From IMG/VR virus record IMGVR_UViG_3300031920_000199: 64,000 nt of DNA, one strand, 5' to 3'. The notes beneath the pieces are model-generated. The model did no database searches. It was given only the letters and a program-made list of their open reading frames with translations, and was not told the DNA's origin. Both the position numbers and the translations under genes were made by a program. The stretch comes from a virus. Positions 9,595 to 19,491 of the stretch are shown piece by piece (positions within the stretch are counted from its first letter, which is position 1; every line of letters begins with the position of its first letter).

Positions 9595-12500
9595 TATTTA
9601 CCAAGGAGTTTGTTGTTTAATTGTGTTTGCACTTCCATTGCCGCAGAAAATACGAGAAGTGCTTTTCCGAGATCACTTAACACCTTCTGACCTGCTTCAG
9701 AATTGATTACCTCATCGCTGACACCAGCTGTAGCATCAGCACCACCACCAGTCTTGAACATCTCTCCAAGAACTCCTCTAAGAGCACCACCAGCCTCTCC
9801 TTCGATACCGTAATTCTCAAGCGTCCCCATAAGCTCCTTGGCCGTTTCGAGGCCCTTTTTACCGAGAGTCTTCTCCAGCAAACTCCTCGACCCTTCACCA
9901 CCAAGTACCCTCTGTATTGTCTTTATAATTGGTTTATATTTTTCTCCGAGCGCAGCTGTATTTTTAAATATAACATCTGACTTGCCTAATGCTTCAATAT
10001 TTATACCAGCAATACTATTCTTAAACCGCTTGTTTTCATTGTCTGTTGCAATCGTATTTACATCAGTTAGAATAGCAGTTTTTAGATTGCTGTCTCCAGC
10101 TAGTGTATTCGTTCCAGCTCTCAACACGTTAGGAGATAATCTGTTTTCCAGATTAGCCATCTTTTTCCCACCCGCCTGGATAACCTTCCACTCGCCAGAT
10201 CCCTGCATCTTTATAGCCTCTTCTATTTCAAATGCATTCTCTATATACTCCTGCTGTTCTGTCTTTGATAGTTTAACGCCAATTTTTGACTCGTCAGACA
10301 ATACGCTGGCCAATGACTTCTTTGACTCATCTACTCTTATTCCTGCATCATGCATACTTACTGGATCTCGTAGCTTAAGACCAGCCCGAATAAGATTAGA
10401 GTTATCCTTGTCTACAGTGTCAAACTCATCAGTATACGTCTGTATATATTGTTCCTGAGAAAGCGTAGATCCTGGTCCAAGCTTTTTTAAAGTCTCCTGG
10501 TATCCAAGCTCCATTGTTTGCAATATATATTCTGCGTTCGTCATCTTTCCGACAGCGCTCTTTTCACCAAGAGAATCGATATCAACATTCTTCATGTTTC
10601 GCGCAAACGATGAAGTAGACATCGCCCTCTTTGCCACTGATTCGCGTATAGCAGTCCTCTCTTCATCGGTAACGCCTAACTTATATTTGCTATCAAGAGC
10701 TTTTCCATACTTAAGAGCAATAGCCCTTTTTGTCTCTCCAGTTTCAAGATAACCTGTTGGCCTCATCTCTTCTCCAACTCGCCTGTAGTCAGTCATGATA
10801 TTCTCGCTGACTCTGTATTCGCCGCTTTTATACTGTTGCTCCGCAATCTCTCTTGACTCTTTACGCGTAAAACCTCCTGTCGATTTATGCAGTTCATACG
10901 CCCTACCACTCTTCGCGAGCCCCATGTGGATTCGCGAGCCCCTTATTCCAGCTATAGAAAACCCACGACCGTCACCCTTTCTATCTTCAGTCACAAGATC
11001 ATTTACTGCATCATTATAGATACTCCTTGCGTCACCCTCCATTGCCAGCCTTACAGCTGATCCTCCACGACTCCGAAACTCCCTGGCTAACTCACTTGTA
11101 CGACTGCTAAAACTGAATGCCGTCTTGCTGAGATCAACAGGCTCATCAGATCCTCCCAAGTAATATGCACCTTCTGATATCGCACCTCCAATAAAATCAT
11201 AGAAAGGTGACAATGGACCCATCCAACCTTTACTGGCTGCACTGCTTATCTCGTCTCCAGCTCTCTCAATTTTACTCGTTATACCTTTATAGACAACGCC
11301 TCCATACTCACCAGCTGTATCAACAGTAGTTGATACTGCGCCAGACAGAGCTTTTCCGCCTCTCTTTTTCATACCTCCAAAGAACGTGGATATCCTTCCC
11401 TTTTCTCCAAACCACGCCTCTTTATTTTCTGTCATTATCTGAAGCCTCTTGTTTGACTTCTGAACAAGAAGATCCATACTTCTTTGTGTTGCTTCTGGAT
11501 CTATCGATTCTACCATCAATCTAGCCTGTTGCGTATCCATTCCGAATTGCGGAGCCATATTCACAACCATAGCTTTACGTCCTTCTGGCGACATATTTTT
11601 CCAGTCGCTACCGAAGGCAGTCTGTGCCTGATCTGCCATGTACTTAACTTGTAGACTTGAAAGTAACTCAGGCGGTATTGCACTCATATTCTTCTGCATG
11701 TTCATGTTTAGCATCGGTTGCCATGCGATATTTCCAGCATTAGATTGGAGGTTCTGTGTAAACATTCCAGATAGCTGTTCAAACCCTCCACTACCAGAAA
11801 GGTACTTATTCATCCTTGCTGGATCCAACTCGCCCTTGTTGTTAGCAAACGCTCCAAGAATCATTGGCATAGAAGGAGATTGCATGAATTTATTCTGAGA
11901 TTGTAGTATCTGGTTCTGCGCCTCAGCAAGCCCACCGACACCTTCTACGAAATCTCTACCAGCGGCATCTCTCGTCTGGAGATTTCTGGCAGCACCCAGG
12001 GCCTGAGCGCCAAGGTTATATGTAAACTGCTGTGACAGACCAGTTCCCCTAAACATAGCCGAAGAATTCTGTCCAGCGCGATTTATCTCACCAGCCGTTA
12101 AACCTGCCGCTGCTCCGACAGCTCCATAATAGTCTGGGTTAATTAGGGATGGATTCTTACTTGCGATTCTCTGGATTGCCTCATCGAGTGAGACCTCAAT
12201 AGTCTCTGAGAGTTTTACTGCCTTCTTTGCTATTGCTTTGTACCTCTTCACAACATCATCTTCATTTTTAGCGATATCGAAAGTACCCATCTCTGTAGCC
12301 GCGGCAAACATCTTTCCAGTCTGACCAATATTCAAACCTTCAATACCCCTTGTTGCGTCGACAATTTCTCTTGAAGTGCTACCTATCTGATCTTCAGTCA
12401 GGCGTCTTCCCTTCATATATCGCCACGATGTTGTGCGCAACATATCGCCGACTTCTTTTCTCTGTCCGTAAACATTCCTCATATGATCGATACCCATTGC

Positions 12501-13190
12501 TCCTGCAGCTGTCCCGATAGCTCCAATACCGAACCCAGCAACAGCTCCAACAGGACCACCAACAGCAAATCCAGCAGCAGCCATAGTGAATGGTGCCTGC
12601 CATGAAGCTAGGTCTGCAACACCAAATGCTGCTTCTTGACCGACTGCACCCATCCTTGACCTCAAGTTCTGCTTGGCCTGATCCTCGTATTCACTTTTTA
12701 GCATACCCCTTGGTTTATTGAAATATAACCCTTGGCTTACTCTGAGAGATTCTATGAATCCCATATTTTTTGTAGGTTCAATCTGGGGGGCAAATTGAGG
12801 TGGAACATATGAAAGTGGAGGAGTTAACACGTTCCTTACACTCATAAGCCTCGAGGCCATATCTCTAGTTGCAGATGCAGTTACAGCTGCTGTTGACGCA
12901 ACATCCCTGTATGCGCTTGTTAGTGCTTCAGTTGCATACGTTGCTGTTGTCTGCATAGCGGCTGGGACTGCCTGAACTGCAGAAACAACGTTCTGAGTTA
13001 ATGATGTGACGGCTGGTGCAGGGGCAGCGGCAGAGGCAGCACCACCAGACATAACAACTCCAGATAATGGGTTCGACACAGCCATCTGACTGGCCGATCG
13101 AACTGCATCAGCTATAGCAGTAGATACACTTGGACCAAAGTCCATTCCTGGAATACCTGCTGATTGATATGGATCTAATCCTTCTGGCAT
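9594..13190 (-). CDS. Tape measure protein
   Basis: 1198 aa, Ala/Gly-rich and helical with a hydrophobic AAAGFAVGGPVGAVAGFGIGAIG segment; directly after the tail chaperone pair. Confidence 0.72.
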   Translation of the reverse strand: MPEGLDPYQSAGIPGMDFGPSVSTAIADAVRSASQMAVSNPLSGVVMSGGAASAAAPAPAVTSLTQNVVSAVQAVPAAMQTTATYATEALTSAYRDVASTAAVTASATRDMASRLMSVRNVLTPPLSYVPPQFAPQIEPTKNMGFIESLRVSQGLYFNKPRGMLKSEYEDQAKQNLRSRMGAVGQEAAFGVADLASWQAPFTMAAAGFAVGGPVGAVAGFGIGAIGTAAGAMGIDHMRNVYGQRKEVGDMLRTTSWRYMKGRRLTEDQIGSTSREIVDATRGIEGLNIGQTGKMFAAATEMGTFDIAKNEDDVVKRYKAIAKKAVKLSETIEVSLDEAIQRIASKNPSLINPDYYGAVGAAAGLTAGEINRAGQNSSAMFRGTGLSQQFTYNLGAQALGAARNLQTRDAAGRDFVEGVGGLAEAQNQILQSQNKFMQSPSMPMILGAFANNKGELDPARMNKYLSGSGGFEQLSGMFTQNLQSNAGNIAWQPMLNMNMQKNMSAIPPELLSSLQVKYMADQAQTAFGSDWKNMSPEGRKAMVVNMAPQFGMDTQQARLMVESIDPEATQRSMDLLVQKSNKRLQIMTENKEAWFGEKGRISTFFGGMKKRGGKALSGAVSTTVDTAGEYGGVVYKGITSKIERAGDEISSAASKGWMGPLSPFYDFIGGAISEGAYYLGGSDEPVDLSKTAFSFSSRTSELAREFRSRGGSAVRLAMEGDARSIYNDAVNDLVTEDRKGDGRGFSIAGIRGSRIHMGLAKSGRAYELHKSTGGFTRKESREIAEQQYKSGEYRVSENIMTDYRRVGEEMRPTGYLETGETKRAIALKYGKALDSKYKLGVTDEERTAIRESVAKRAMSTSSFARNMKNVDIDSLGEKSAVGKMTNAEYILQTMELGYQETLKKLGPGSTLSQEQYIQTYTDEFDTVDKDNSNLIRAGLKLRDPVSMHDAGIRVDESKKSLASVLSDESKIGVKLSKTEQQEYIENAFEIEEAIKMQGSGEWKVIQAGGKKMANLENRLSPNVLRAGTNTLAGDSNLKTAILTDVNTIATDNENKRFKNSIAGINIEALGKSDVIFKNTAALGEKYKPIIKTIQRVLGGEGSRSLLEKTLGKKGLETAKELMGTLENYGIEGEAGGALRGVLGEMFKTGGGADATAGVSDEVINSEAGQKVLSDLGKALLVFSAAMEVQTQLNNKLLGK

Positions 13191-13483
13191 TCGTCTTGCC
13201 TCATCATAAGTCGTCCGTTATCAGATACAGCCATTTCTAATTTTACGTCCTTGAATGCCTGGAATGCGCTTACCATATTAGTTTCTGCGTGTTTTGTTTC
13301 AACTTCAAGTTGTGGTAGCATCAATCCAGCATGCTTCTTCAATGCCTCGAATGACCCTTCCTTATCTCCATTTAATCCACGTACAATTGCAACGGTTCTG
13401 TGTAAATCTGAAAGACGCTTCCTTCTTAATGCCAACATTACAAATGTCTCTTCAAGGGAGTCGTTCTCTGGAGTCAACCCCAT
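13175..13483 (-). CDS. Tail assembly chaperone, downstream (T-like) part, probably made by -1 frameshift
   Basis: In the -1 frame relative to 13489..14004; that frame is open from the slippery site through SDPISWDRGCLRL into this ORF. Confidence 0.7.
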   Translation of the reverse strand: MGLTPENDSLEETFVMLALRRKRLSDLHRTVAIVRGLNGDKEGSFEALKKHAGLMLPQLEVETKHAETNMVSAFQAFKDVKLEMAVSDNGRLMMRQDECQKD

Positions 13484-13488
13484 TAGCC

Positions 13489-14004
13489 TTAGACAGCCCC
13501 TGTCCCAGCTAATGGGGTCACTAAAGGGTTTTCTACACCAGGGCCTTTGATCATGATTGCCGTTGCTTTGTTGAGTTTCTTGAACTCCTGAACAAGAAGA
13601 ACCTTGACAGCCATGGACTGCTCAGCCATAAATGCTCTTGCCTCCTCTGGTTCATTGAACACCCTGTCTCCAAATGACACAAGAGAGAACTCTAGGATGT
13701 CATCGCCATTCTCTGCGCCGACAAGAATATTTATCCCAGCGTATCCACTTAGTCTCTTTGCTAACTCCTTATCTTCCTTTGACTTAAGAGTTCTAATGAC
13801 CGCATTGACATCTCCATGGATAGCAACTTCATGCCTGATGAATCCATAAGTGAATAACTCAGATATCTTTACGTCTCTATAAGCCTCTATAAATTTCATA
13901 TCCTCCTCTTTTATCTTACCCTTGAGCTCTTTATCTGTCATTACCTTCTCGCCATCAACTTGATCTTCTTCTACATTCGCACTATTTTTTTCTTCTTCTA
14001 CCAT
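13489..14004 (-). CDS. Tail assembly chaperone (lambda gpG-like)
   Basis: 171 aa, acidic; upstream of tape measure; X XXY YYZ slippery site near its 3' end. Confidence 0.7.
   Translation of the reverse strand: MVEEEKNSANVEEDQVDGEKVMTDKELKGKIKEEDMKFIEAYRDVKISELFTYGFIRHEVAIHGDVNAVIRTLKSKEDKELAKRLSGYAGINILVGAENGDDILEFSLVSFGDRVFNEPEEARAFMAEQSMAVKVLLVQEFKKLNKATAIMIKGPGVENPLVTPLAGTGAV
13522..13528 (-). other. -1 programmed ribosomal frameshift heptamer C CCU UUA
   Basis: Codons AAC CCT TTA give CCCTTTA in the correct X XXY YYZ phase; the -1 frame joins the 13175..13483 ORF. Confidence 0.75.
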
Positions 14005-14017
14005 GATAAACCTCTCC

Positions 14018-14278
14018 TCAAAGTGTTACTACTTTGCGCCTTACGCGCTCGAGTGTAATGCTACCATTGTTCTTCTTCACCTCATATATGTAGCCGTCCT
14101 CTAATTTTATTTGCCTGCTAAGAGAGCATTCCCTCTCTTCTATAAGTCTCGAAATTGCCAGATTGATGACTTTGCTTCTGTCTGAGTTATTATCCATAAC
14201 TGTCTTATCGAGCCACTTAAGAGTCTTGTCATCAACCCTCAGGCCTATTTGATTTGTTTTCTTATGTGCAAGGTCCAT
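14018..14278 (-). CDS. Ribbon-helix-helix (CopG/Arc-like) DNA-binding protein
   Basis: Start revised to ATG 14278 (GGAG RBS); NQIGLRVDDKTLKWLDKTVMDNNSDRSKVINLAI fits the RHH pattern. Confidence 0.6.
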   Translation of the reverse strand: MDLAHKKTNQIGLRVDDKTLKWLDKTVMDNNSDRSKVINLAISRLIEERECSLSRQIKLEDGYIYEVKKNNGSITLERVRRKVVTL

Positions 14279-14310
14279 CGGAAATTCTCCTATTGAATTT
14301 ATTACATAAT

Positions 14311-14338
14311 ATTCTATCAGATGTTTGACATTTGTCAA
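14311..14338 (-). promoter_or_regulatory. Sigma-70-type promoter TTGACA-N16-TAGAAT; -35 lies in palindrome TTGACA-TT-TGTCAA (14325-14338)
   Basis: Read directly; faces the RHH gene and the tail chaperone/tape measure operon. Confidence 0.7.
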
Positions 14339-14359
14339 CCGTTAAAACATGTAAAAATA

Positions 14360-14368
14360 TGGTATAAG
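14360..14368 (+). promoter_or_regulatory. Extended -10 promoter TGGTATAAG
   Basis: Same motif recurs upstream of plus-strand gene clusters (18896, 46724, 49451, 49960, 60610). Confidence 0.65.
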
Positions 14369-14407
14369 AAATATAAGGATAGCCACATATATTTCTTTTG
14401 AAAGGAG

Positions 14408-15082
14408 GTGATAACAATGTGTAAAGTTTTTGTTGCTCGTGAGCAGCTAATAAACATGGATGAGGCGAAAAAATGGGGAGAGCCAGTAATCCTCTCGTCT
14501 CATACTGGAAACAATGAGAAGAAAGACGAGAACTATGGTCTTGAGCCTGACCGTATAATCAGGCAGATAGGTCGAAAGCTTATGACTTTCGATACTGAGA
14601 AAGACTATTTGTTGTTGGATGGGCATTTAATTTATAACTGTATCGCTGCAGGAATACTGAGTTTGTTTTACGATCAAATAGATCTTCTCGTATGGAAGAA
14701 GGGATATTGTCACAGAAGACTTACGATCCCTAATATTCTAAAAAAAGAGATAGAGGAAAAACGCGAGAAGATGTATTTTGCGGTCAATGAGATTCACGAC
14801 ATTAAGCTTAATCCATTATTTTACTTTATGGATGTAAATGCTAATGTTGATCCATATGATCCAGAGACTGTATGGCCGCATGTAACAAAGAGGGCACGTG
14901 ATTTTTCAAGCCATGACAGCCTTATCTTATGCGGTTCTACTGTAATGAATATCGTTTCAACTATCTATTTGTCCAGAATGCTTGGTCAGTTCACTATTGG
15001 ACTGCTACATCGTATGACTAAGCAATATACATGGAGGACGCTAACACTTAACAAAGAATTTGTAAGGAGATTATGCAGGTAA
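14408..15082 (+). CDS. Protein with two tandem copies of a ~100-aa alpha/beta domain (possibly Rossmann/CARF-like)
   Basis: TFDTEKDYLLLDGHLIYN..ILS..YCHRRLTI aligns by eye with DFSSHDSLILCGSTVMN..YLS..YTWRTLTL. Confidence 0.6.
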   Translation: MITMCKVFVAREQLINMDEAKKWGEPVILSSHTGNNEKKDENYGLEPDRIIRQIGRKLMTFDTEKDYLLLDGHLIYNCIAAGILSLFYDQIDLLVWKKGYCHRRLTIPNILKKEIEEKREKMYFAVNEIHDIKLNPLFYFMDVNANVDPYDPETVWPHVTKRARDFSSHDSLILCGSTVMNIVSTIYLSRMLGQFTIGLLHRMTKQYTWRTLTLNKEFVRRLCR

Positions 15083-16128
15083 TGCAAAAAGAAAGTCATG
15101 AGGTCTCGCTCGGAGACTCACGGTATTTCATAATCAAAAAGCATAACGGAGTTGCCAAAGCAATACGAGCAGACATATCACTCAGAAAGGTAGATGGTGA
15201 TTTCTGCATGGTTCATGGTAATGCATCAATTACATCAAGTGGCTATAATAAATTGAACCAGATAGCAGGCATATCCGTAATACAGCCGCAGATGATCGGG
15301 GACAAGATGAATCCGATTATCGAGTATGACCCAGACAGCGGCGCAACAACAAAGGTTACCATAAGGAAGGTAGGTGTTGGATATAGTCCAATAGGGAATC
15401 TTTGTGTAATAGACGAGACGGTTTCATTTGATACGGCTGCTTATTTTAAGCAGGAGGTGTTCAAGAAGTGGAAATCTTATCGCCACATGGGAGAGTTCCA
15501 GAACAACCCAAATGAAGATATAGCGAAAAAGGTCTTCGTTCCGATCATCGGCAGATCTGGTATACTCATTGACATGGAGCATCCAGAATCACTAAAGCTC
15601 ATGGCTGATTATCTAAATCGGCAGAAGTTTGCTGAGAGAATAGCTGGTTCAATCGCAAGAAGGAACTGCCTTAAAGCTCATCCAGCAATCGCTACAACGA
15701 CAGTAAAATTCAAAGGAGGAGGTGCTGTCGTAACTGTATATGGATTCAAGCTCGATTACAAACACAGCGAAATTGAATCTATAGTTTCGAATGCTGCCGT
15801 TGGCATTGTAACTGACAATTCAGAACTAATAGAACATCAGACCATAGCTGACTCAGAGGAAGTCGGCATGGAAACTGCATCGTCAGCAGACCCAGAGTAT
15901 GATAGGATAGCTGACAATACAGAAGTTCCAGAAATACAGATCCAAGATAATAAGTCAACGATCGAGAAAATTGTTGATCTTATGCCTGTCGTTGGATCTG
16001 AGACATTTAATGAAATGGTTCCTGATTCCGTTTTCGAGATGGACGATGCGGATCAGAGTAGGATCCTATCGGACCTATGTAAAATCGTCTTCAAGAACGC
16101 AAAGAAACCTATAAACAGAAAGGGATAA
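15073..16128 (+). CDS. Hypothetical protein, possibly ssDNA-annealing/recombination protein
   Basis: 351 aa, acidic C-terminal region; ITSSGYNKLNQIAGISV resembles phage annealing-protein N-termini (weak). Confidence 0.4.
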   Translation: MQVMQKESHEVSLGDSRYFIIKKHNGVAKAIRADISLRKVDGDFCMVHGNASITSSGYNKLNQIAGISVIQPQMIGDKMNPIIEYDPDSGATTKVTIRKVGVGYSPIGNLCVIDETVSFDTAAYFKQEVFKKWKSYRHMGEFQNNPNEDIAKKVFVPIIGRSGILIDMEHPESLKLMADYLNRQKFAERIAGSIARRNCLKAHPAIATTTVKFKGGGAVVTVYGFKLDYKHSEIESIVSNAAVGIVTDNSELIEHQTIADSEEVGMETASSADPEYDRIADNTEVPEIQIQDNKSTIEKIVDLMPVVGSETFNEMVPDSVFEMDDADQSRILSDLCKIVFKNAKKPINRKG

Positions 16129-16133
16129 AGATA

Positions 16134-17396
16134 ATGGCATTGAAAGTAAGCGCTGCATTAGTACAAAATCTTCTTTCGGTTAGATCTGTCGACGTGGTAT
16201 CTGATATCGCGCTAGGTCATACCCTAAGAGGAACAAATTATACTTCGAATGACATTGTGTGTGCATACGATGTATCGAACGTTGATACAATGGTATTCTC
16301 TGACAAGAAAAGAAAAATTCTAAAGTCTAGTTATGAATTCAACAAGCTAAGACCTTTATCACCAGAAGGGAGAAATTATAATAAATTCGTAGATTTAATC
16401 AATGAGGAATCAATCCCTGGACAGGCTGTAACGCTGGCCATAAACACAAGAGGGGTCTCGAAAATATCAGGGCTTAAGATTCGCGTAGTTGATGGTGTCA
16501 GTAGGATTTACGGTAAGATATCTGGTGACATTAAGAAGAACCTGTTTGTGTCTCCTTATGTACTTGTTGTCGACATGGACTACGATACATTTGGAGAGTT
16601 CTGCGATACTCTATGCAGACACATAAACAATTATTTTGACATGAGCCAAGATCGTAGACTCTATAAGATCGGTCAAGTCAAAAAGCTTTGGAGTTACGGG
16701 CAACAGATCACAAATAAAATACCAAATTTAAACCTTGTGATGGACTCCAATCCAGACCTAACATTATCTGATGGTCTCACTATCAATCTAAAGACATTCT
16801 TGTTCTATGTCCAGGTGTATGCGGAGAACAGCAGAACACTCAATCCAGGTATGGGGCTGAATAAAGAATTCACAATCAGCCCAAGAAGATCTAATCGGTT
16901 TCCAGAGAACAAGATATTTGAGAAGCTTATGGAGAACTACAAACCGCTAATAAAGGATCTTCTTGAGACGCTTGAGCGTACTATACATATAATATTCCCA
17001 TATAGAAACAAGTCAACACATCACCTCAAGGATGAATGGCAGCCATATATTGTGGCACTTGGATGCTGCACATCGAGGTACAATATAAATGACAAGACAT
17101 CGTTCCTGAACTGGATCTCATCAGGAGACCGTCTTAATACGGAAACTGGACTCCCGTTGATTGAGAACAGGCATCTTGGGACCGAAAGATACATTCGCAT
17201 TGCAAACGCACAGCGCGACACATTTGTCTCGCTTGATAATCCAAAAATTTACGGTGTAGGATACAACAAACTTAGCCTATATCCGTCAATGAAAGGGACG
17301 AAGGCTCCGAACCGAATTATATACCGATACGACATCATAAACACAAGATCGATATACAGGATATCAGCAAATCCTGTGATACCAAGCCAACTATAA
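16134..17396 (+). CDS. Hypothetical protein (420 aa)
   Basis: Long ORF in an operon; no recognised motif. Confidence 0.7.
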   Translation: MALKVSAALVQNLLSVRSVDVVSDIALGHTLRGTNYTSNDIVCAYDVSNVDTMVFSDKKRKILKSSYEFNKLRPLSPEGRNYNKFVDLINEESIPGQAVTLAINTRGVSKISGLKIRVVDGVSRIYGKISGDIKKNLFVSPYVLVVDMDYDTFGEFCDTLCRHINNYFDMSQDRRLYKIGQVKKLWSYGQQITNKIPNLNLVMDSNPDLTLSDGLTINLKTFLFYVQVYAENSRTLNPGMGLNKEFTISPRRSNRFPENKIFEKLMENYKPLIKDLLETLERTIHIIFPYRNKSTHHLKDEWQPYIVALGCCTSRYNINDKTSFLNWISSGDRLNTETGLPLIENRHLGTERYIRIANAQRDTFVSLDNPKIYGVGYNKLSLYPSMKGTKAPNRIIYRYDIINTRSIYRISANPVIPSQL

Positions 17397-17405
17397 ACAA
17401 TTAAA

Positions 17406-17435
17406 TGGCGAGGCCCAGATTCATGGGTCTCGCCA
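17406..17435 (+). other. Intergenic 12-bp hairpin without U-tract (possible RNA processing/stabilising stem)
   Basis: TGGCGAGGCCCA-GATTCA-TGGGTCTCGCCA, one G-U pair. Confidence 0.6.
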
Positions 17436-17455
17436 CTATTATACGGAGGAACAAT

Positions 17456-18841
17456 ATGAAGCTGATAGATATAGGGAATGACGGATGTGCCGTCATTCGA
17501 GATGATATAAAGCAACATGACATGAAGAAGGTTGAAGTTATTCTAAAAGAGATAAATGAAAACAACAGGTACGGGTTGACATTCTCTCAGATGCTTGCAA
17601 CGAGAGACAAGCTCGATGGAGACAACACGTACACGATTGCAGCCCTAACACGTTTGAGGCAAGAACAGACTGGTCTAGATTTCGAGTACGCCGCAAAAAC
17701 GAAGCGTGGTGCATTCATAAATAAAAACCAGTTCATAGCTGAATTCATAACTGGAGACATGTGCATTGACGATACCATCAAAGATGGCAATCTCAAAGAG
17801 TACATTTCCAGGTATGATGGAAATAGAGATGATATAACGCAGACAAAACAAGGCGTTCTAACCAGGAAGAAGATTGAGAAAAATATCGAGCATAATCTTC
17901 CGATGTTTGGAATTGTGAATATCGGTCAATCTCCTCTGGTAATGCATGTGTTAGACGGAAATCAACGTATCGCGTATAAGTTACGATCGATTGCCGATGC
18001 TATGTGCGCATTAACAAGGATCATATTTGTTAAATATAACATGAAGAAAGGACACGAAGTTGACAACTTCGAGCACCTGTGTGAGTACATCTGGAGGGTG
18101 TATCTCAACAGGAACGAGGAAACGCAGTCTCAGAAGATCGGAGCAGACAAGAGGCTGAAGGATATCATCCCGACGTTTAGGCAACAACTCGTTGCTTTTG
18201 GCTGGAACAAAGATGAGAAATGGGATGACAGAAAATTCAAGCCGCAGTCATCTAGAGAGTCAGACTTCTCTAAAAAGATTCTTACCAACCCAGACATGCT
18301 AAAGATGTGTATGGCTTTATTTCAGGCACATAATAAAGAGCTTAATGTAAAGAGCTTGTCTGTGGTTTTTATACATGCCTCAACGAGCATCGGGAAGATG
18401 ATAAGAATTAAGGGAGGTTGCTGCAAATACGATGTTCAGCCACACATCAACGAGCTTGCAAAGTATTTGGACATGATGGTTGATGTCCAGTCAAGAGATG
18501 CACGGTATAATAAAAGCGTTATGAAGAATGCTGCGTATGCACTTTCGAATCTGGTAGGCATGTCTCAGGGAGTACAAGAGAATAACAAAATCATAGGTAA
18601 GTATCTTACTGAGCTTGTTATGACAGAGGACTTTCTGGATATAGCTCGTATGTCTTGGGTAATGCCAAGAACAAGCGATGGCGGAAGAAACACGATATCA
18701 AATATTGCAACCGCTATGTGTAATTACTGTATTCTAAAAAGTAAGGGTAGCAAGATGAAAAAGGTCCCTTACTTATACAATATAGAAATGGGTGGATTGG
18801 TGTACAATCCAAAGAAGAAAAGCACTGTTGATATTTTATGA
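17456..18841 (+). CDS. ParB/Srx-superfamily (DUF262/DGQHR-like) domain protein
   Basis: HVLDGNQRIAY matches the DGxxR signature; start revised to ATG 17456 after GGAGG. Confidence 0.5.
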   Translation: MKLIDIGNDGCAVIRDDIKQHDMKKVEVILKEINENNRYGLTFSQMLATRDKLDGDNTYTIAALTRLRQEQTGLDFEYAAKTKRGAFINKNQFIAEFITGDMCIDDTIKDGNLKEYISRYDGNRDDITQTKQGVLTRKKIEKNIEHNLPMFGIVNIGQSPLVMHVLDGNQRIAYKLRSIADAMCALTRIIFVKYNMKKGHEVDNFEHLCEYIWRVYLNRNEETQSQKIGADKRLKDIIPTFRQQLVAFGWNKDEKWDDRKFKPQSSRESDFSKKILTNPDMLKMCMALFQAHNKELNVKSLSVVFIHASTSIGKMIRIKGGCCKYDVQPHINELAKYLDMMVDVQSRDARYNKSVMKNAAYALSNLVGMSQGVQENNKIIGKYLTELVMTEDFLDIARMSWVMPRTSDGGRNTISNIATAMCNYCILKSKGSKMKKVPYLYNIEMGGLVYNPKKKSTVDIL

Positions 18842-18852
18842 TTCATAAACAG

Positions 18853-18879
18853 AAAAGCCTCCTAACCGAGGCTTTTTTT
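18853..18879 (+). terminator. Intrinsic terminator
   Basis: AAAAGCCTC-CTAACC-GAGGCTTTTTTT. Confidence 0.85.
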
Positions 18880-18895
18880 AATTTTCATTTTTATC

Positions 18896-18904
18896 TGGTA
18901 TAAA
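18896..18904 (+). promoter_or_regulatory. Extended -10 promoter TGGTATAAA
   Basis: Recurrent motif; 39 bp before the exonuclease ATG. Confidence 0.6.
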
Positions 18905-18942
18905 AAAGATATACAATAACATTTACTTTACAAGGAGGGCTA

Positions 18943-19491
18943 ATGAAAAAGTTGAAACATATCGTTGTGGTTGATGTCGAATCTACATGCTGGGATGGAA
19001 GGCCACCACGAGGTCAGAAGTCAGAGATCATTCAGATTGGAATCTGCACTGTTGATATAAAGAGACTAAAGAAAATCGACAAGCGCAGCATTCTCATAAG
19101 ACCGAAGAACTCAGAGATCAGCGAGTTCTGCACAAAACTGACTGGGCTTGAATACTCAGGATTCTCAAGTGCAGTTGACTATAAGAGTGCAATGGATGTA
19201 CTTATGTATCAGTATAGATCTGATATGAATCCGTGGGCAAGCTGGGGTGACTACGATAGAAGGATGTTCGAGATAATGGCGTCACTACACAAAGAAGCAT
19301 ATCCATTCGGAAGCAGACACTTAAATCTAAAGACTCTATTCGCGGTGTCTCATGGATTAGATAGAGAAGTTGGGATGGAGAAGTCGTTTGAAATAACTGG
19401 GAATAAGATGGAAGGTCGTCATCACGATGGAGCTGATGACGCATGGAATATCGCAACAATACTTATTGAACTGTTGGAGAATATAAGATGA
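18943..19491 (+). CDS. DEDDh 3'-5' exonuclease (ERI-1/KapD-like)
   Basis: VVVDVESTC (ExoI), SWGDYD (ExoII), HHDGADDA (ExoIII). Confidence 0.9.
   Translation: MKKLKHIVVVDVESTCWDGRPPRGQKSEIIQIGICTVDIKRLKKIDKRSILIRPKNSEISEFCTKLTGLEYSGFSSAVDYKSAMDVLMYQYRSDMNPWASWGDYDRRMFEIMASLHKEAYPFGSRHLNLKTLFAVSHGLDREVGMEKSFEITGNKMEGRHHDGADDAWNIATILIELLENIR

Noticed and set aside
110-13849. Plus-strand ORFs overlapping the minus-strand tail genes (e.g. 4172..4588, 9838..10458)
   Set aside because: Antisense shadows of long, coupled structural genes
14279-14338. N-terminal extension of the RHH ORF given by the ORF track
   Set aside because: It overlaps the promoter; the RBS supports ATG 14278
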